The notes under the pieces: model-generated
What the model was told of the DNA's origin: nothing
The model's input: only the letters and a program-made list of their open reading frames with translations
Database searches by the model: none
Virus genome (UHGV): UHGV-0139594
From: a virus
Direction: 5' to 3' (one strand)
Length of the DNA stretch: 32,537 nt
In this document: piece by piece, positions 1 to 8,414 of the stretch
How the letters are laid out: each line of letters opens with the position of its first letter
Numbering within the stretch: the stretch's first letter is position 1
Translations under genes and position numbers: made by a program

Positions 1-78
1 ACAAGGCCATTGACGCATCGCCCGGTTAGTTTTAACCTTGTCCACCGTGATTCACGTTCGTGAACATGTCCTTTCAGG

Positions 79-154
79 GCCGATATAGCTCAGTTGGTAG
101 AGCAGCGCATTCGTAATGCGAAGGTCGTAGGTTCGACTCCTATTATCGGCACCA
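79..154 (+). tRNA. thrW: tRNA-Thr (anticodon CGT), thrW-type; 76 nt with encoded CCA
   Basis: Sequence GCCGATATAGCTCAGTTGGTAGAGCAGCGCATTCGTAATGCGAAGGTCGTAGGTTCGACTCCTATTATCGGCACCA folds as a canonical cloverleaf (acceptor stem GCCGATA/TATCGGC, anticodon CGT at 112..114). Matches my recollection of enterobacterial thrW. Confidence 0.93.
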
Positions 155-168
155 TTAAAATCAATAAG

Positions 169-1332
169 TTACACATCATTAGTACCTTCCTTATTTTTTG
201 ACTGGGACAAATTTGGGACCGATGGGTTCAGGATCGAGTCTATTTGCCGTGCGTGTTCGGTAAGGTGATTAGGTGCAAGGTGAGCATATCGACGAACCAT
301 TTCGATAGACTCCCAGCCTCCCATTTCCTGTAACACTGACAACGGGACTCCGGCTTGAACCAGCCAACTTGCCCAGGTGTGTCTCAAGTCGTGAAATCTG
401 AAATCATCAATACCAGCCCGTCTCAGCGCCGCTTTCCAGGCTGTGTTTGCGTCATACCGCATCTTCCTTACTGTTGGCGCTTTCGTTCCGTCTGGTTTGG
501 TACAGCTTTCCTTGTACACAAATACCCAACGGTGATGATTCCCGATTTGTTTTTTCAATACGCGACATGCAGTATCATTCAGCGCAACGCCAATTGCGCG
601 GTTTGATTTACTCTCTTCCGGGTTTATCCATGCCACCCGGCGCTGCATATCTATTTGTTGCCATTCAAGGTTGATGATGTTCGAGCGTCTTAAGCCTGTT
701 GCCAGTGCAAATTCAACAACAGACTTTAATGGCTCCGGACATTCATCAATCAGCCTTTGTGCTTCATGGGGCTCCAGCCAGCGGATCCGTTTATTCTTTG
801 GTTGAGGCACTTTAATAATTGGTGCCTTATCCAGCATTTTCCATTCACGCTCTGCGGCTCTTAGTAGGGCCTTTATAAATGAAAGATGCGTAGCCTTCGT
901 TGCAACTGACGCTGGTTTTGGCGTGTATTCTGGAACAGGTTTCCCTTTTTTTCTGCATGCTTCTGCCCTGAGTTTCCAGTTTTCCTCATGACGCCGGTTC
1001 GTCATTTTCTGCATTGCTGAATAAATTTTTGATTCAGTAATGTCTCTTAGTTGCATTCCTGCGAAATGTTGAAGCCAGAATCCGATCCGGCTTTTGTCAT
1101 CGTCCAGCGATTTTTTATGTGCTTTCTCTTCAAGCCACCTGACACACGCTTCCTCGAACGTTATATCAGGTATTTCACCAAGTTTGCTGACCCGCCATGC
1201 TTCAGCCTTTAGCTTGTCATGGAGTTCTGTCGCCTGCCTTTTGTCCTTTGTTCCAAGAGACTGTTTAAATCTTTTACCGTTCGGCAATGTGAAACTGGCG
1301 TACCATATTTCACCTCTGCGGAAGAGTGACAT
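169..1332 (-). CDS. int: Tyrosine recombinase / phage integrase, P22 Int-like
   Basis: 387-aa ORF starting [14 protein letters not shown], with C-terminal catalytic region [15 protein letters not shown]...VRRYAHL (R-H-R-Y signature). Lies 15 bp from the tRNA 3' end and is transcribed toward it. Confidence 0.95.
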   Translation of the reverse strand: MSLFRRGEIWYASFTLPNGKRFKQSLGTKDKRQATELHDKLKAEAWRVSKLGEIPDITFEEACVRWLEEKAHKKSLDDDKSRIGFWLQHFAGMQLRDITESKIYSAMQKMTNRRHEENWKLRAEACRKKGKPVPEYTPKPASVATKATHLSFIKALLRAAEREWKMLDKAPIIKVPQPKNKRIRWLEPHEAQRLIDECPEPLKSVVEFALATGLRRSNIINLEWQQIDMQRRVAWINPEESKSNRAIGVALNDTACRVLKKQIGNHHRWVFVYKESCTKPDGTKAPTVRKMRYDANTAWKAALRRAGIDDFRFHDLRHTWASWLVQAGVPLSVLQEMGGWESIEMVRRYAHLAPNHLTEHARQIDSILNPSVPNLSQSKNKEGTNDV

Positions 1333-1559
1333 TTTCTTTCCTCTGTTATGCCATCACCCGCGCTCACCTGGACAGTATGCAGCGGAGACTGAAGAGCCGC
1401 AATGCAGGCTTGTCGTGTTGTGAGGTAAGGAGATTTATTCTTAGTGGGATCTTTGCGTGTTGCCTGAAGACGCCCTGTGCGTATCCAGTTAATGGCAGTC
1501 GGTCTGGATATCTTGAGAAAATGACAGGCCTCATCGAGTGTGAGGCTGTATGGCTCCAT
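1209..1559 (-). CDS. xis: Excisionase (Xis), P22-like
   Basis: Internal start [36 protein letters not shown] gives a 116-aa winged-helix excisionase-like protein. Its ATG overlaps the stop of the upstream gene (TAATG), and its 3' end overlaps int in another frame, as in lambdoid int-xis pairs. Confidence 0.75.
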   Translation of the reverse strand: MEPYSLTLDEACHFLKISRPTAINWIRTGRLQATRKDPTKNKSPYLTTRQACIAALQSPLHTVQVSAGDGITEERKCHSSAEVKYGTPVSHCRTVKDLNSLLEQRTKGRRQNSMTS

Positions 1560-1864
1560 TATTTCACCTCTTGTTGTGACATTGTTGAAAAATGGATACC
1601 TGCTCGTTGCTGCCAGACGATCCAACCGAGAGTCATATCCCATGCCATGTATTCGTTATCGCCGTTTTTTGCTCTCCGACGATCTACTAAGTCACCGAAA
1701 CGCTTTTCCATGAATAATTCATAAGCTTCGCGTTCATCTGGTTCTACTTCCAGAGATAGGAGTGCGATTTCATAAGCACGGCGCTCAATATCGTCTCGCA
1801 CGTCAAGGCTGCTGATACGCTCTTTAATTTCTTTAATCAGTTCTTTGTCGGTAAAAGTGGTCAT
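1559..1864 (-). CDS. Hypothetical early-left operon protein (acidic, 101 aa)
   Basis: ORF in translationally coupled chain (stop/start overlaps at both ends). No recognisable domain. Confidence 0.55.
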   Translation of the reverse strand: MTTFTDKELIKEIKERISSLDVRDDIERRAYEIALLSLEVEPDEREAYELFMEKRFGDLVDRRRAKNGDNEYMAWDMTLGWIVWQQRAGIHFSTMSQQEVK

Positions 1865-2226
1865 TATGCTCCAGCCTCCGGTGCTTTTGGCATTACTGCC
1901 CAGTGAGTGATATTGACGTTTTCAAGGTCCCCGACCTGAAATGTCCACTGCCATTCTCCGGTTTCTTTTTGTCCCCAGGTGTACCAGAGAGAACGCCAGC
2001 CAATTAGCCAGCCTTCTCCGTTAGCATCGAATAACAAAACACTTTCATTTGCTGGTGGCAGTTCAGTTGACACTGGTATTACTTTGTTTTCCTGTGCTGC
2101 ACATTTAGCTTCAAGCGCATCGAATTTACGCACCAGGTATTCAGCATCTGTTTCATTCACTTTCAGATCTCGCGGTACACATCTCCCACGAAGAAACCCT
2201 TCCATTTCGAAAACATTCATGCGCAT
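1864..2226 (-). CDS. Hypothetical early-left operon protein (Eaa-like, 120 aa)
   Basis: ORF coupled to downstream gene; position and size typical of lambdoid ea-region proteins. No firm domain call. Confidence 0.55.
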   Translation of the reverse strand: MRMNVFEMEGFLRGRCVPRDLKVNETDAEYLVRKFDALEAKCAAQENKVIPVSTELPPANESVLLFDANGEGWLIGWRSLWYTWGQKETGEWQWTFQVGDLENVNITHWAVMPKAPEAGA

Positions 2227-2780
2227 TTGCGTAACTCCGATAACTCGTTAAAACGTTCCATAAACATCCCGTAGGCATGGCCCGGTGCCTGTGGAATCAC
2301 TTTGAACATCTCTGTTGCCGGGATACCTTCCAGTACAGGCCAGAAAGAGCCATCATCAAGCCCGAGATCGCGGCGTTCGGTTGCCAGCATAATGAGATCG
2401 GCATATTTCACTGGCGTGCTCATAACAGGAGGTAACCCGTATTTCTCACGGATTACGGCGTCTATTTTTTCTTCCATCCGTTTATAGTCAGGAAGAAGTC
2501 GTTTCAGTGGTGCGGGGATGTCCTAGCAATATGCTTCTGTTGCATCATGCATTAAAGCTTCAAAAGCAAATTCCTGTGGCACCAGCTGGCTGCAAAGCAC
2601 CGCATGTTGGGCGACACTGTAGAAGTGTGAAAGATGTCCTGCAAAGCGACAGATATTTGAAAGGGAAACCGCGATATCGTTAATAACGATGTCGTCTTTA
2701 TTTATCCTGTCATAATAAAAATGCTTCCCGGAAAAAGTTTTAATAAATGACATTTTGTTCTCCACGTATATGCGCTGCAC
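2217..2780 (-). pseudogene. HD-domain phosphohydrolase (YfbR-like 5'-deoxynucleotidase family) interrupted by a single in-frame amber codon
   Basis: Track ORFs 2523..2780 and 2217..2477 are in the same frame, separated only by TAG at 2523..2525. Read-through translation gives ...LMHDATEAYC*DIPAPLKRLL..., reconstituting the HD...E...GDhPxPxK motif across the stop. Confidence 0.6.
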
Positions 2781-2789
2781 CGCGCTGAA

Positions 2790-3260
2790 TTCGGGTAAAA
2801 GGAAGCCCTCACCGTCCGGCGATTATTGAGTCAATTACATTTCCATAAATGCCCCCGTAGGGGCGGTTAGTTTCTCCACAAAACAGAGAAGAACACCTGC
2901 GGTGGCAGCCGCCCGGATGGATTGGGTTATGAGCCCGTCGTCCGGTGATGCTCTTCTCTGTTTTGTAAAAAGGACGGTACCAGCCGGAAGCAAGGGTACA
3001 AGCTGGTACCGCCAAGACTACACACAGCATAAAGTTGTGGTGCCGGGTGCCTCCCGGTGCCTGGCGAAGGTTGCACACCAGGCGGGTGGGTATCCACAGA
3101 AGGTCGACTGTCAGCCTCAACCTTAACCCGCGTGCGCTGAGCCGCATTCACCACAACGCTAAGGATTCTCTCTGGTTGAAAATACTTAGCTGTTATGTGC
3201 CTGTCTTTTCACCACTTCAGGCTCGGTGGTATCCTTTTAAGCCCGTATACATAAAAGGAA
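2790..3260. other. GC-rich, ORF-poor segment with nested inverted repeats; candidate structured RNA or degraded insert
   Basis: No convincing ORF; several overlapping junk ORFs in multiple frames. Long-range complementary segments: ACAAAACAGAGAAGA/TCTTCTCTGTTTTGT, GGTACCAGC/GCTGGTACC, GTTGTGGTG/CACCACAAC, CCCCGTAGGGG. Confidence 0.25.
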
Positions 3261-3266
3261 AATCAA

Positions 3267-3512
3267 ATGACTTTTGATGAAAAAGAACTTGATAATGCAA
3301 TTAATAAAATCATCGTAACGTCGCTCTTTTCCTGTCTCAGCGACACTCAGCAAAAACAGTTCTACGAATCGGCTTTCAACATGATCGAGCGTTGTTGTTT
3401 CTGCGATGCCGACGAGTTACCTGAAAAAATCAGGAAACAGTTGGCTGATGCTCTTCGAGTGCGACTTTCTGACCAATTTTCTGAAATGTACTCTCCGAAT
3501 TTGGACAAATAG
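3267..3512 (+). CDS. Hypothetical protein (81 aa)
   Basis: ORF with AAGGAA-type RBS upstream of ATG. Plus-strand gene inside an otherwise minus-strand early-left region. Confidence 0.45.
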   Translation: MTFDEKELDNAINKIIVTSLFSCLSDTQQKQFYESAFNMIERCCFCDADELPEKIRKQLADALRVRLSDQFSEMYSPNLDK

Positions 3513-3705
3513 AAAAAGGCCATTTCCATTCAGGGTCTGATGGAAAGACTTCAGCCTGTTCTAAAGCACGGCGTAAAGAGAACACAACTCCAGCCATAAT
3601 CTGATGTTTCCCATTGGTCCAGCTATCGCCGCTCTGATCTACAGGAGCGGCTATGTCGTATGACCAAACGACTTCACCACTATTGTTTAAAATCTGGACT
3701 TTCAT
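3430..3705 (-). CDS. Hypothetical protein (91 aa)
   Basis: ORF downstream of the zinc-finger gene in the leftward operon. Its 3' end overlaps the convergent 3267..3512 ORF, so true extent is uncertain. Confidence 0.35.
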   Translation of the reverse strand: MKVQILNNSGEVVWSYDIAAPVDQSGDSWTNGKHQIMAGVVFSLRRALEQAEVFPSDPEWKWPFSICPNSESTFQKIGQKVALEEHQPTVS

Positions 3706-3713
3706 TTTGTTCT

Positions 3714-3917
3714 TTAACCTCCAGATTTCCGCGCATCTAAAGGCGCATTCTCATTTGGTGTGAACTGAATAGTTGTGCTGATATTGATTAATGCCCCGAC
3801 ACACAAGACTACGCACTCAGAGCAGATAGCAACTTCATCTTTTCCGCCTTTGGCGATGATTTTTTTTGCCTGCAGCTCGTTTGCGCCACAAAACGAGCAT
3901 GTGAAATAACGGTTCAT
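3714..3917 (-). CDS. Small ClpX-type C4 zinc-finger protein (first gene of leftward early operon)
   Basis: MNRYFTCSFCGANELQAKKIIAKGGKDEVAICSECVVLC resembles the ClpX N-terminal zinc-binding domain (CxxC...CxxC). Start chosen at the second ATG, which has an AAGAGAG RBS. Confidence 0.55.
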   Translation of the reverse strand: MNRYFTCSFCGANELQAKKIIAKGGKDEVAICSECVVLCVGALINISTTIQFTPNENAPLDARKSGG

Positions 3918-4004
3918 TTGCGCTCTCTTACACATAGTATTTAACGAATCATCCGGTCATTCATACGCCACCGGCGGCTACTTCGTGGGCGTCCTGCCTG
4001 TTCG

Positions 4005-4080
4005 TTGTTTTAACACCTTTAAGTTGTAATTTAGTTGTGGTTTTGAATGTTGTCAACAACTTTATGTGGTTTGAACGAGT
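4005..4080. promoter_or_regulatory. OL-like operator/promoter region (divergent promoters)
   Basis: Contains motif blocks CACCTTTAAGTTGT, AGTTGT, ATGTTGT and ACAACTTTATGT that recur, rearranged, in the cI-cro intergenic region. Confidence 0.45.
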
Positions 4081-4119
4081 AGCCAAGGAGTGCAAGGATT
4101 ATCAAAAAAAGGAGGTTGT

Positions 4120-5010
4120 ATGGAAGACGCGCTTTACGCTTTTAATTACACACAGAACCGGGACAAGTTATTTGCTAACTTGATTAGCATCATTGATGGA
4201 ATCATTGCAGATGGAGTTGTCCGTGAAGAGGAGGTTCTTTACTTAGATACATGGTTACTTGAAGCAAAGCAGATTATCAATAATGGAGTTATAAAAAGTC
4301 TATCAGCACGGGTGTCGGATATTCTTGCGGATGGAATAATCACATCAGAAGAACGTGATGACCTTAAAAATAGCCTTCTCCAAATACAGAGGGAAATTCT
4401 TGATATCCCTGAAATTGATTTTTACTCCAAGGATGTAGATGTCCATTTACTTAATGGACTATGTAAAGGATTAATTGCTGATCGGAACTTAACTCAAGAA
4501 GAAATAAGATATCTTAATTGGTGGCTTGAGCAAAATGGAGCTTTGAAGAACAACTACCCAGGAAAAAAACTTTATGCACTTGTAAAGGAAATTCTTAAAG
4601 ATGGTGTTATTACTGAAGATGAGAGTTTAACTCTACATAAGGCATTAGTAGACTTCACAGGATGTGACTTGGAAAGTGGGGTGGTGGATGGTTTGGCGAC
4701 CAGGCTGCCTATTGATGTAGGGGCTTCGATAGAGTTAGAGGGTAAAACCTATTGTCTTACAGGCACTTTTGTTGCAGGAAAGAGAGCCGTAGTTGAAAAT
4801 TTGATTAAAAATGCTGGTGGGAACATCAGTAGTGGAATTACTCAAAAGTTGGATTTTTTAGTAATTGGGACGCTTTCCTCCCGTGATTGGAAATTCTCAA
4901 GTCACGGAAGGAAGATCGAAAAGGCTATATCTTATAGGGATGATAATGGTGCAAAACTTAAAATTATTTCTGAAGAAATGCTTTTCGATGCATTACCAAG
5001 TTCGCGATGA
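4120..5010 (+). CDS. Accessory protein with four tandem TerB-like (ADG...EE) helical repeats and a C-terminal BRCT domain
   Basis: GGAGG RBS 4 nt before ATG 4120. Repeats IADGVVREEEVLYLDTWLL, LADGIITSEERDDLKNSLL, IADRNLTQEEIRYLNWWLE, LKDGVITEDESLTLHKALV. C-terminus GKTYCLTGTF...GKRAVVENLIKNAGGNISSGITQKLDFLVIG resembles the LigA-type BRCT domain. Confidence 0.8.
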   Translation: MEDALYAFNYTQNRDKLFANLISIIDGIIADGVVREEEVLYLDTWLLEAKQIINNGVIKSLSARVSDILADGIITSEERDDLKNSLLQIQREILDIPEIDFYSKDVDVHLLNGLCKGLIADRNLTQEEIRYLNWWLEQNGALKNNYPGKKLYALVKEILKDGVITEDESLTLHKALVDFTGCDLESGVVDGLATRLPIDVGASIELEGKTYCLTGTFVAGKRAVVENLIKNAGGNISSGITQKLDFLVIGTLSSRDWKFSSHGRKIEKAISYRDDNGAKLKIISEEMLFDALPSSR

Positions 5011-5679
5011 CCAGAATACCCTACCTATAACATGAATTCTGGCTCGTCTATCTTCAAAGGTGAGTATTTCATCTGGGTACTCATCTTTGTTGAAGCTTCT
5101 AAGAATCAAGCCACCGTCAGGTAAGTTGATAAGTATTTTAACCCTTAGCAATACACCATCTCGTACGGCATAAAGATCGCCATCACGAATAGGAACGGTT
5201 TGAGAAATATCAACGGCAACAAGATCTCCATTATTGAGAACCGGTAATAAACTGTTCCCCCATATTTTTACGATCTTGGCATTAGATGCACATACGCCAG
5301 ATTTTCTCAAATCTGCTCTTCTTAATGGAAACCAGTCAATAGCTGATTCAACTATTTCAGCCAGACATCCGTTACCTGCCGATAACTCGACATCTAAAAC
5401 AGGAATGTTTACGAAAATATCGGGGTCTAATGCGGTGCTTTCTGCTTCTTTTACAACAAGATCAGGTATGGATGCGTTGTCTTCAATACCAAGTTGTAAC
5501 CACTTTTGTGATACACCTAAAACTTTTGCAATTTCTTTAATTTTGCGCGGTTGTAGAGTTTCGCCATTCTCTATTTTGGCTACAGATTGTTGTGAAAGTC
5601 CAATTTTTTCAGCTAGTTGAGCTTGGCTCATGCCAGCTTTCTCTCTACCTATCTTTAATCGTTCTGCCAGTGTTTTCAC
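4993..5679 (-). CDS. cI: CI-like prophage repressor (XRE-type HTH + S24 LexA-like peptidase domain)
   Basis: N-terminal HTH (MSQAQLAEKIGLSQQSVAKIENGE) and C-terminal S24 autopeptidase-like region. Divergent from the cro-like gene across an operator-rich intergenic region. Confidence 0.88.
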   Translation of the reverse strand: MKTLAERLKIGREKAGMSQAQLAEKIGLSQQSVAKIENGETLQPRKIKEIAKVLGVSQKWLQLGIEDNASIPDLVVKEAESTALDPDIFVNIPVLDVELSAGNGCLAEIVESAIDWFPLRRADLRKSGVCASNAKIVKIWGNSLLPVLNNGDLVAVDISQTVPIRDGDLYAVRDGVLLRVKILINLPDGGLILRSFNKDEYPDEILTFEDRRARIHVIGRVFWSSRTW

Positions 5680-5689
5680 AACATATCCC

Positions 5690-5805
5690 TCTCTTTTTTG
5701 ATGAGGTTACAACTTTATGTTTTAGCTTTCCAACACCTAAAAGTTGTGATAAAAGTTGTTAATGTTGTATTCTTGCAACTCGTAACAACTTAACTACCTA
5801 AAAAG
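5690..5805. promoter_or_regulatory. OR-like operator/promoter region between cI and cro
   Basis: Repeated half-site-like motifs ACAACTTTATGT, CACCTAAAAGTTGT, AAGTTGT, ATGTTGT, CAACTCGTAACAACTT. Confidence 0.5.
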
Positions 5806-5814
5806 GAGAAAGCT

Positions 5815-6063
5815 ATGACACCTGAGCAATTAGCCTTATCGGAGGCAATCGCTCTGGCTGGTGGTCAATCAGAATTGGCTCGGAAGCTCACAGCCAGCAG
5901 CGGTCATTTAGTAAAGCAACAACATGTCTGGAACTGGTTGAACAGAGAAAAGCGTCCCCCTGCAAAGCTCTCGATATTCATTGAAAAGACCACTGGCATA
6001 TCAAAAGAAAAATTACGTCCAGATATTTTTCAAAAGATTAAAGATTCATCAGATGAAAAGTAA
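5815..6063 (+). CDS. cro: Cro-like (YdaS-like) HTH regulator
   Basis: 82-aa ORF with AAGGAG RBS, divergent from the repressor; HTH-like segment and typical position. Confidence 0.75.
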   Translation: MTPEQLALSEAIALAGGQSELARKLTASSGHLVKQQHVWNWLNREKRPPAKLSIFIEKTTGISKEKLRPDIFQKIKDSSDEK

Positions 6064-6085
6064 CCACAGTTTTAAGGAGATAGCC

Positions 6086-6637
6086 GTGGGTAAGCATCAC
6101 TGGAAAGTAGAAAAACAGCCTAAGTGGTACGTGAAAGCTGTCAGAAAAACTATCGCGGCGTTGCCGGGTGGTTACGCTGAAGCTGCTGACTGGCTGGATG
6201 TAACAGAGAACGCATTATTTAACCGCCTTCGTGCCGATGGCGATCAGATTTTCCCGCTGGGATGGGCAATGGTTTTACAGCGCGCAGCTGGCACTCACTA
6301 CATTGCGGATGCTGTCGCACAGTCTGCTGGTGGGGTGTTCGTATCGCTTCCTGAAATTGAGGAAGTAGAGAACGCCGATATAAACCAGCGCCTGCTGGAA
6401 GTCATCGAACAGATCGGGAGTTACTCAAAGCAGATTCGTTCGGCAATCGAAGATGGGGTAGTGGAGCCACACGAGCAGACAGCAATTAACGACGAGCTGT
6501 ATCTCTCAATTTCGAAGCTGCAGGAGCATGCAGCACTGGTCTACAAAATCTTTTGCATTTCAGAAAGTAATGACGCCCGCGAGTGTGCAGCTCCGGGCGC
6601 CGTGGCGTGTCGTGACTGTGGAGAAACTAACGCATGA
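6086..6637 (+). CDS. CII-like regulatory protein (phage 186 CII / CP76 family-like)
   Basis: Directly after cro. GTG at 6086 has an AAGGAG RBS; ATG at 6053 is an alternative start. Family call is weak recollection only. Confidence 0.55.
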   Translation: MGKHHWKVEKQPKWYVKAVRKTIAALPGGYAEAADWLDVTENALFNRLRADGDQIFPLGWAMVLQRAAGTHYIADAVAQSAGGVFVSLPEIEEVENADINQRLLEVIEQIGSYSKQIRSAIEDGVVEPHEQTAINDELYLSISKLQEHAALVYKIFCISESNDARECAAPGAVACRDCGETNA

Positions 6638-6992
6638 ACAGTTTAACAACACACTACCGTCGCTCGCAACTGATTGCGCTTCCTGTACCGGGTGGAAAAG
6701 CGAAGGTGGAGTATTGCTATGCAGTTAATGTACCTGGTGACAGGGAAATTGTAACCCACAGCTTTGCTGAGTGGGCTGTGGGTGATTTCAACCGGCAGAA
6801 GGAGACAGTCCTTTGCGACAAGTTAACCGCTGGTTCAAAGATCACTACGGAGTGCCCGTCAGAGTCATTCGTTGGGAGCCGGAAACACAACGAGTTATCT
6901 ACCTCCGCGAAGGCTATGAGCATGAGTGCTTCAGCCCGCTCGAACAGTTTCGTCGTAAATTCAGGGAAATAGAGGTCGGTCATGAGCACTAA
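6634..6992 (+). pseudogene. Hypothetical protein with apparent frameshift (two frames needed for a protein-like product)
   Basis: Frame of ORF 6634..6972 is protein-like to about residue 59, then turns into a Ser-rich tail. The -1 frame from about 6786 to its stop at 6990..6992 reads [61 protein letters not shown]-run at about 6811..6815 is the likely shift site. Confidence 0.5.
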
Positions 6993-7923
6993 ATTAACCG
7001 GCTATGTATGGGATGGTTGCGCTGCATCAGGCATGAAATTATCCAGCGTGGCAATTATGGCCCGCCTGGCTGATTTCAGTAATGACGAAGGTGTGTGCTG
7101 GCCATCAATTGAAACTATTGCCCGTCAGATTGGCGCGGGGATGAGTACCGTCAGGACGGCTATCGCACGGCTGGAAGCAGAAGGCTGGTTAACGCGTAAG
7201 GCGCGTCGCCAGGGTAACCGCAATGCGTCGAATGTTTATCAGCTTAACGTTGCGAAGCTTCAGGCAGCGGCATTTTCTCAACTGTCAGATTCTGACCCGT
7301 CAAAATCTGACGCATCAAAATCTGACCCGTCAAAATTTGATGCGTCGAAATCTGGCAAAAAAGCGGGTTTTCACCCGTCAGAATCTGGCGGGGATCCGTC
7401 AGTAAAATCAAAACATGATCCGTCAGATAAAAAACCTTCTCGTCCGGACGCTTCGCAACCGGACACGCAGACGGCTGAACAGGAGTTTTTAACTCGCCAT
7501 CCTGATGCGGTTGTATTCAGCCCTAAAAAGCGCCAGTGGGGAACGCAGGATGATTTGACCTGCGCACAGTGGCTCTGGAAAAAAATCATCGCCCTGTACG
7601 AGCAGGCCGCCGAATGTGACGGCGAGGTGGTTCGTCCCAAAGAACCGAACTGGACAGCCTGGGCAAACGAAATTCGCCTGATGTGTGTGCAGGATGGTCG
7701 TACTCACAAACAAATCTGCGAGATGTACAGCCGCGTCAGCCGCGATCCGTTCTGGTGCCGTAACGTGCTCAGCCCGTCGAAGTTGCGGGAAAAATGGGAT
7801 GAGCTTTCCCTGCGCTTATCACCGTCCGTCAGCACGTACACCGAAAAACGCGAAGACCCGTACTTCAAATCCAGTTACGACAACGTGGACTACAGCCAGA
7901 TCCCGGCAGGATTCAGGGGGTGA
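6982..7923 (+). CDS. Replication initiator / replisome organizer (lambda O-like role) with N-terminal wHTH
   Basis: N-terminus MARLADFSNDEGVCWPSIETIARQIGAGMSTVRTAIARLEAEGWL is a typical phage replication-protein wHTH; the gene contains an internal iteron array. Confidence 0.8.
   Translation: MSTKLTGYVWDGCAASGMKLSSVAIMARLADFSNDEGVCWPSIETIARQIGAGMSTVRTAIARLEAEGWLTRKARRQGNRNASNVYQLNVAKLQAAAFSQLSDSDPSKSDASKSDPSKFDASKSGKKAGFHPSESGGDPSVKSKHDPSDKKPSRPDASQPDTQTAEQEFLTRHPDAVVFSPKKRQWGTQDDLTCAQWLWKKIIALYEQAAECDGEVVRPKEPNWTAWANEIRLMCVQDGRTHKQICEMYSRVSRDPFWCRNVLSPSKLREKWDELSLRLSPSVSTYTEKREDPYFKSSYDNVDYSQIPAGFRG
7283..7402. repeat. Iteron array (putative ori) inside the replication initiator gene
   Basis: Tandem 15-bp units ACCCGTCAAAATCTG / ACGCATCAAAATCTG / ACCCGTCAAAATTTG / ATGCGTCGAAATCTG / ACCCGTCAGAATCTG plus degenerate copies, followed by an A-rich stretch. 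Encodes the SDSDPSKSDASKSDPSK low-complexity linker. Confidence 0.7.
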
Positions 7924-8414
7924 TCATGAGTCTTTTGAATGACGTTCAGAAATTCATTGAAGCCCATCCGGGGTGTACTTCCGGAGACATTGCGGATGCT
8001 TTTGCAGGTTACTCACGGCAGCGCGTTCTGCAGTCAGCAAGCAAGTTACGTCAGAGTGGGCGTGTGGCTCACCGTTGTGAAGGGGATACACGCAGACATT
8101 TCCCGCGCCAGACAAAGATATCGCAGGAGGCGGAACCGCAACCAGTTCGTGAAACCAGACCTGTGCGCAATTTCTATGTCGGCACTAACGATCCCCGGGT
8201 GATTTTGTGCCTGACCCGCCAGGCGGAAGAACTGGAGTCGAGGGGCTTATACCGTCGTGCTGCAACCGTGTGGATGGCGGCATTCCGTGAAAGCCACTCC
8301 CAGCCAGAGCGAAACAATTTTCTTGCGCGTCGTGAGCGGTGTTTACGGAAAAGCAGCAAGCGCGCTGTACCGGGTGATGAGTGGTATCTGTCAGGGAATT
8401 ACGTGGGGGCTTAA
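7920..8414 (+). CDS. Hypothetical protein with PerC-like C-terminal region
   Basis: ATGA start/stop overlap with the rep gene. AEELESRGLYRRAATVWMAAF resembles the PerC-family signature (recollection only). Confidence 0.45.
   Translation: MIMSLLNDVQKFIEAHPGCTSGDIADAFAGYSRQRVLQSASKLRQSGRVAHRCEGDTRRHFPRQTKISQEAEPQPVRETRPVRNFYVGTNDPRVILCLTRQAEELESRGLYRRAATVWMAAFRESHSQPERNNFLARRERCLRKSSKRAVPGDEWYLSGNYVGA

Noticed and set aside
355-1724. Plus-strand ORFs 355..606, 447..674, 1094..1423 and 1326..1724 overlapping int and xis
   Set aside because: They are antisense to the strongly supported integrase and excisionase genes and have no RBS or domain content.
2790-3260. Retron (msr/msd) interpretation of the GC-rich structured segment
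   Set aside because: No reverse transcriptase gene adjacent on either strand; kept only as an unspecified structured element.
7283-7402. CRISPR or VNTR interpretation of the 15-bp tandem repeats in the rep gene
   Set aside because: They are in-frame within a replication initiator gene and match the ori-in-gene arrangement of lambdoid phages.
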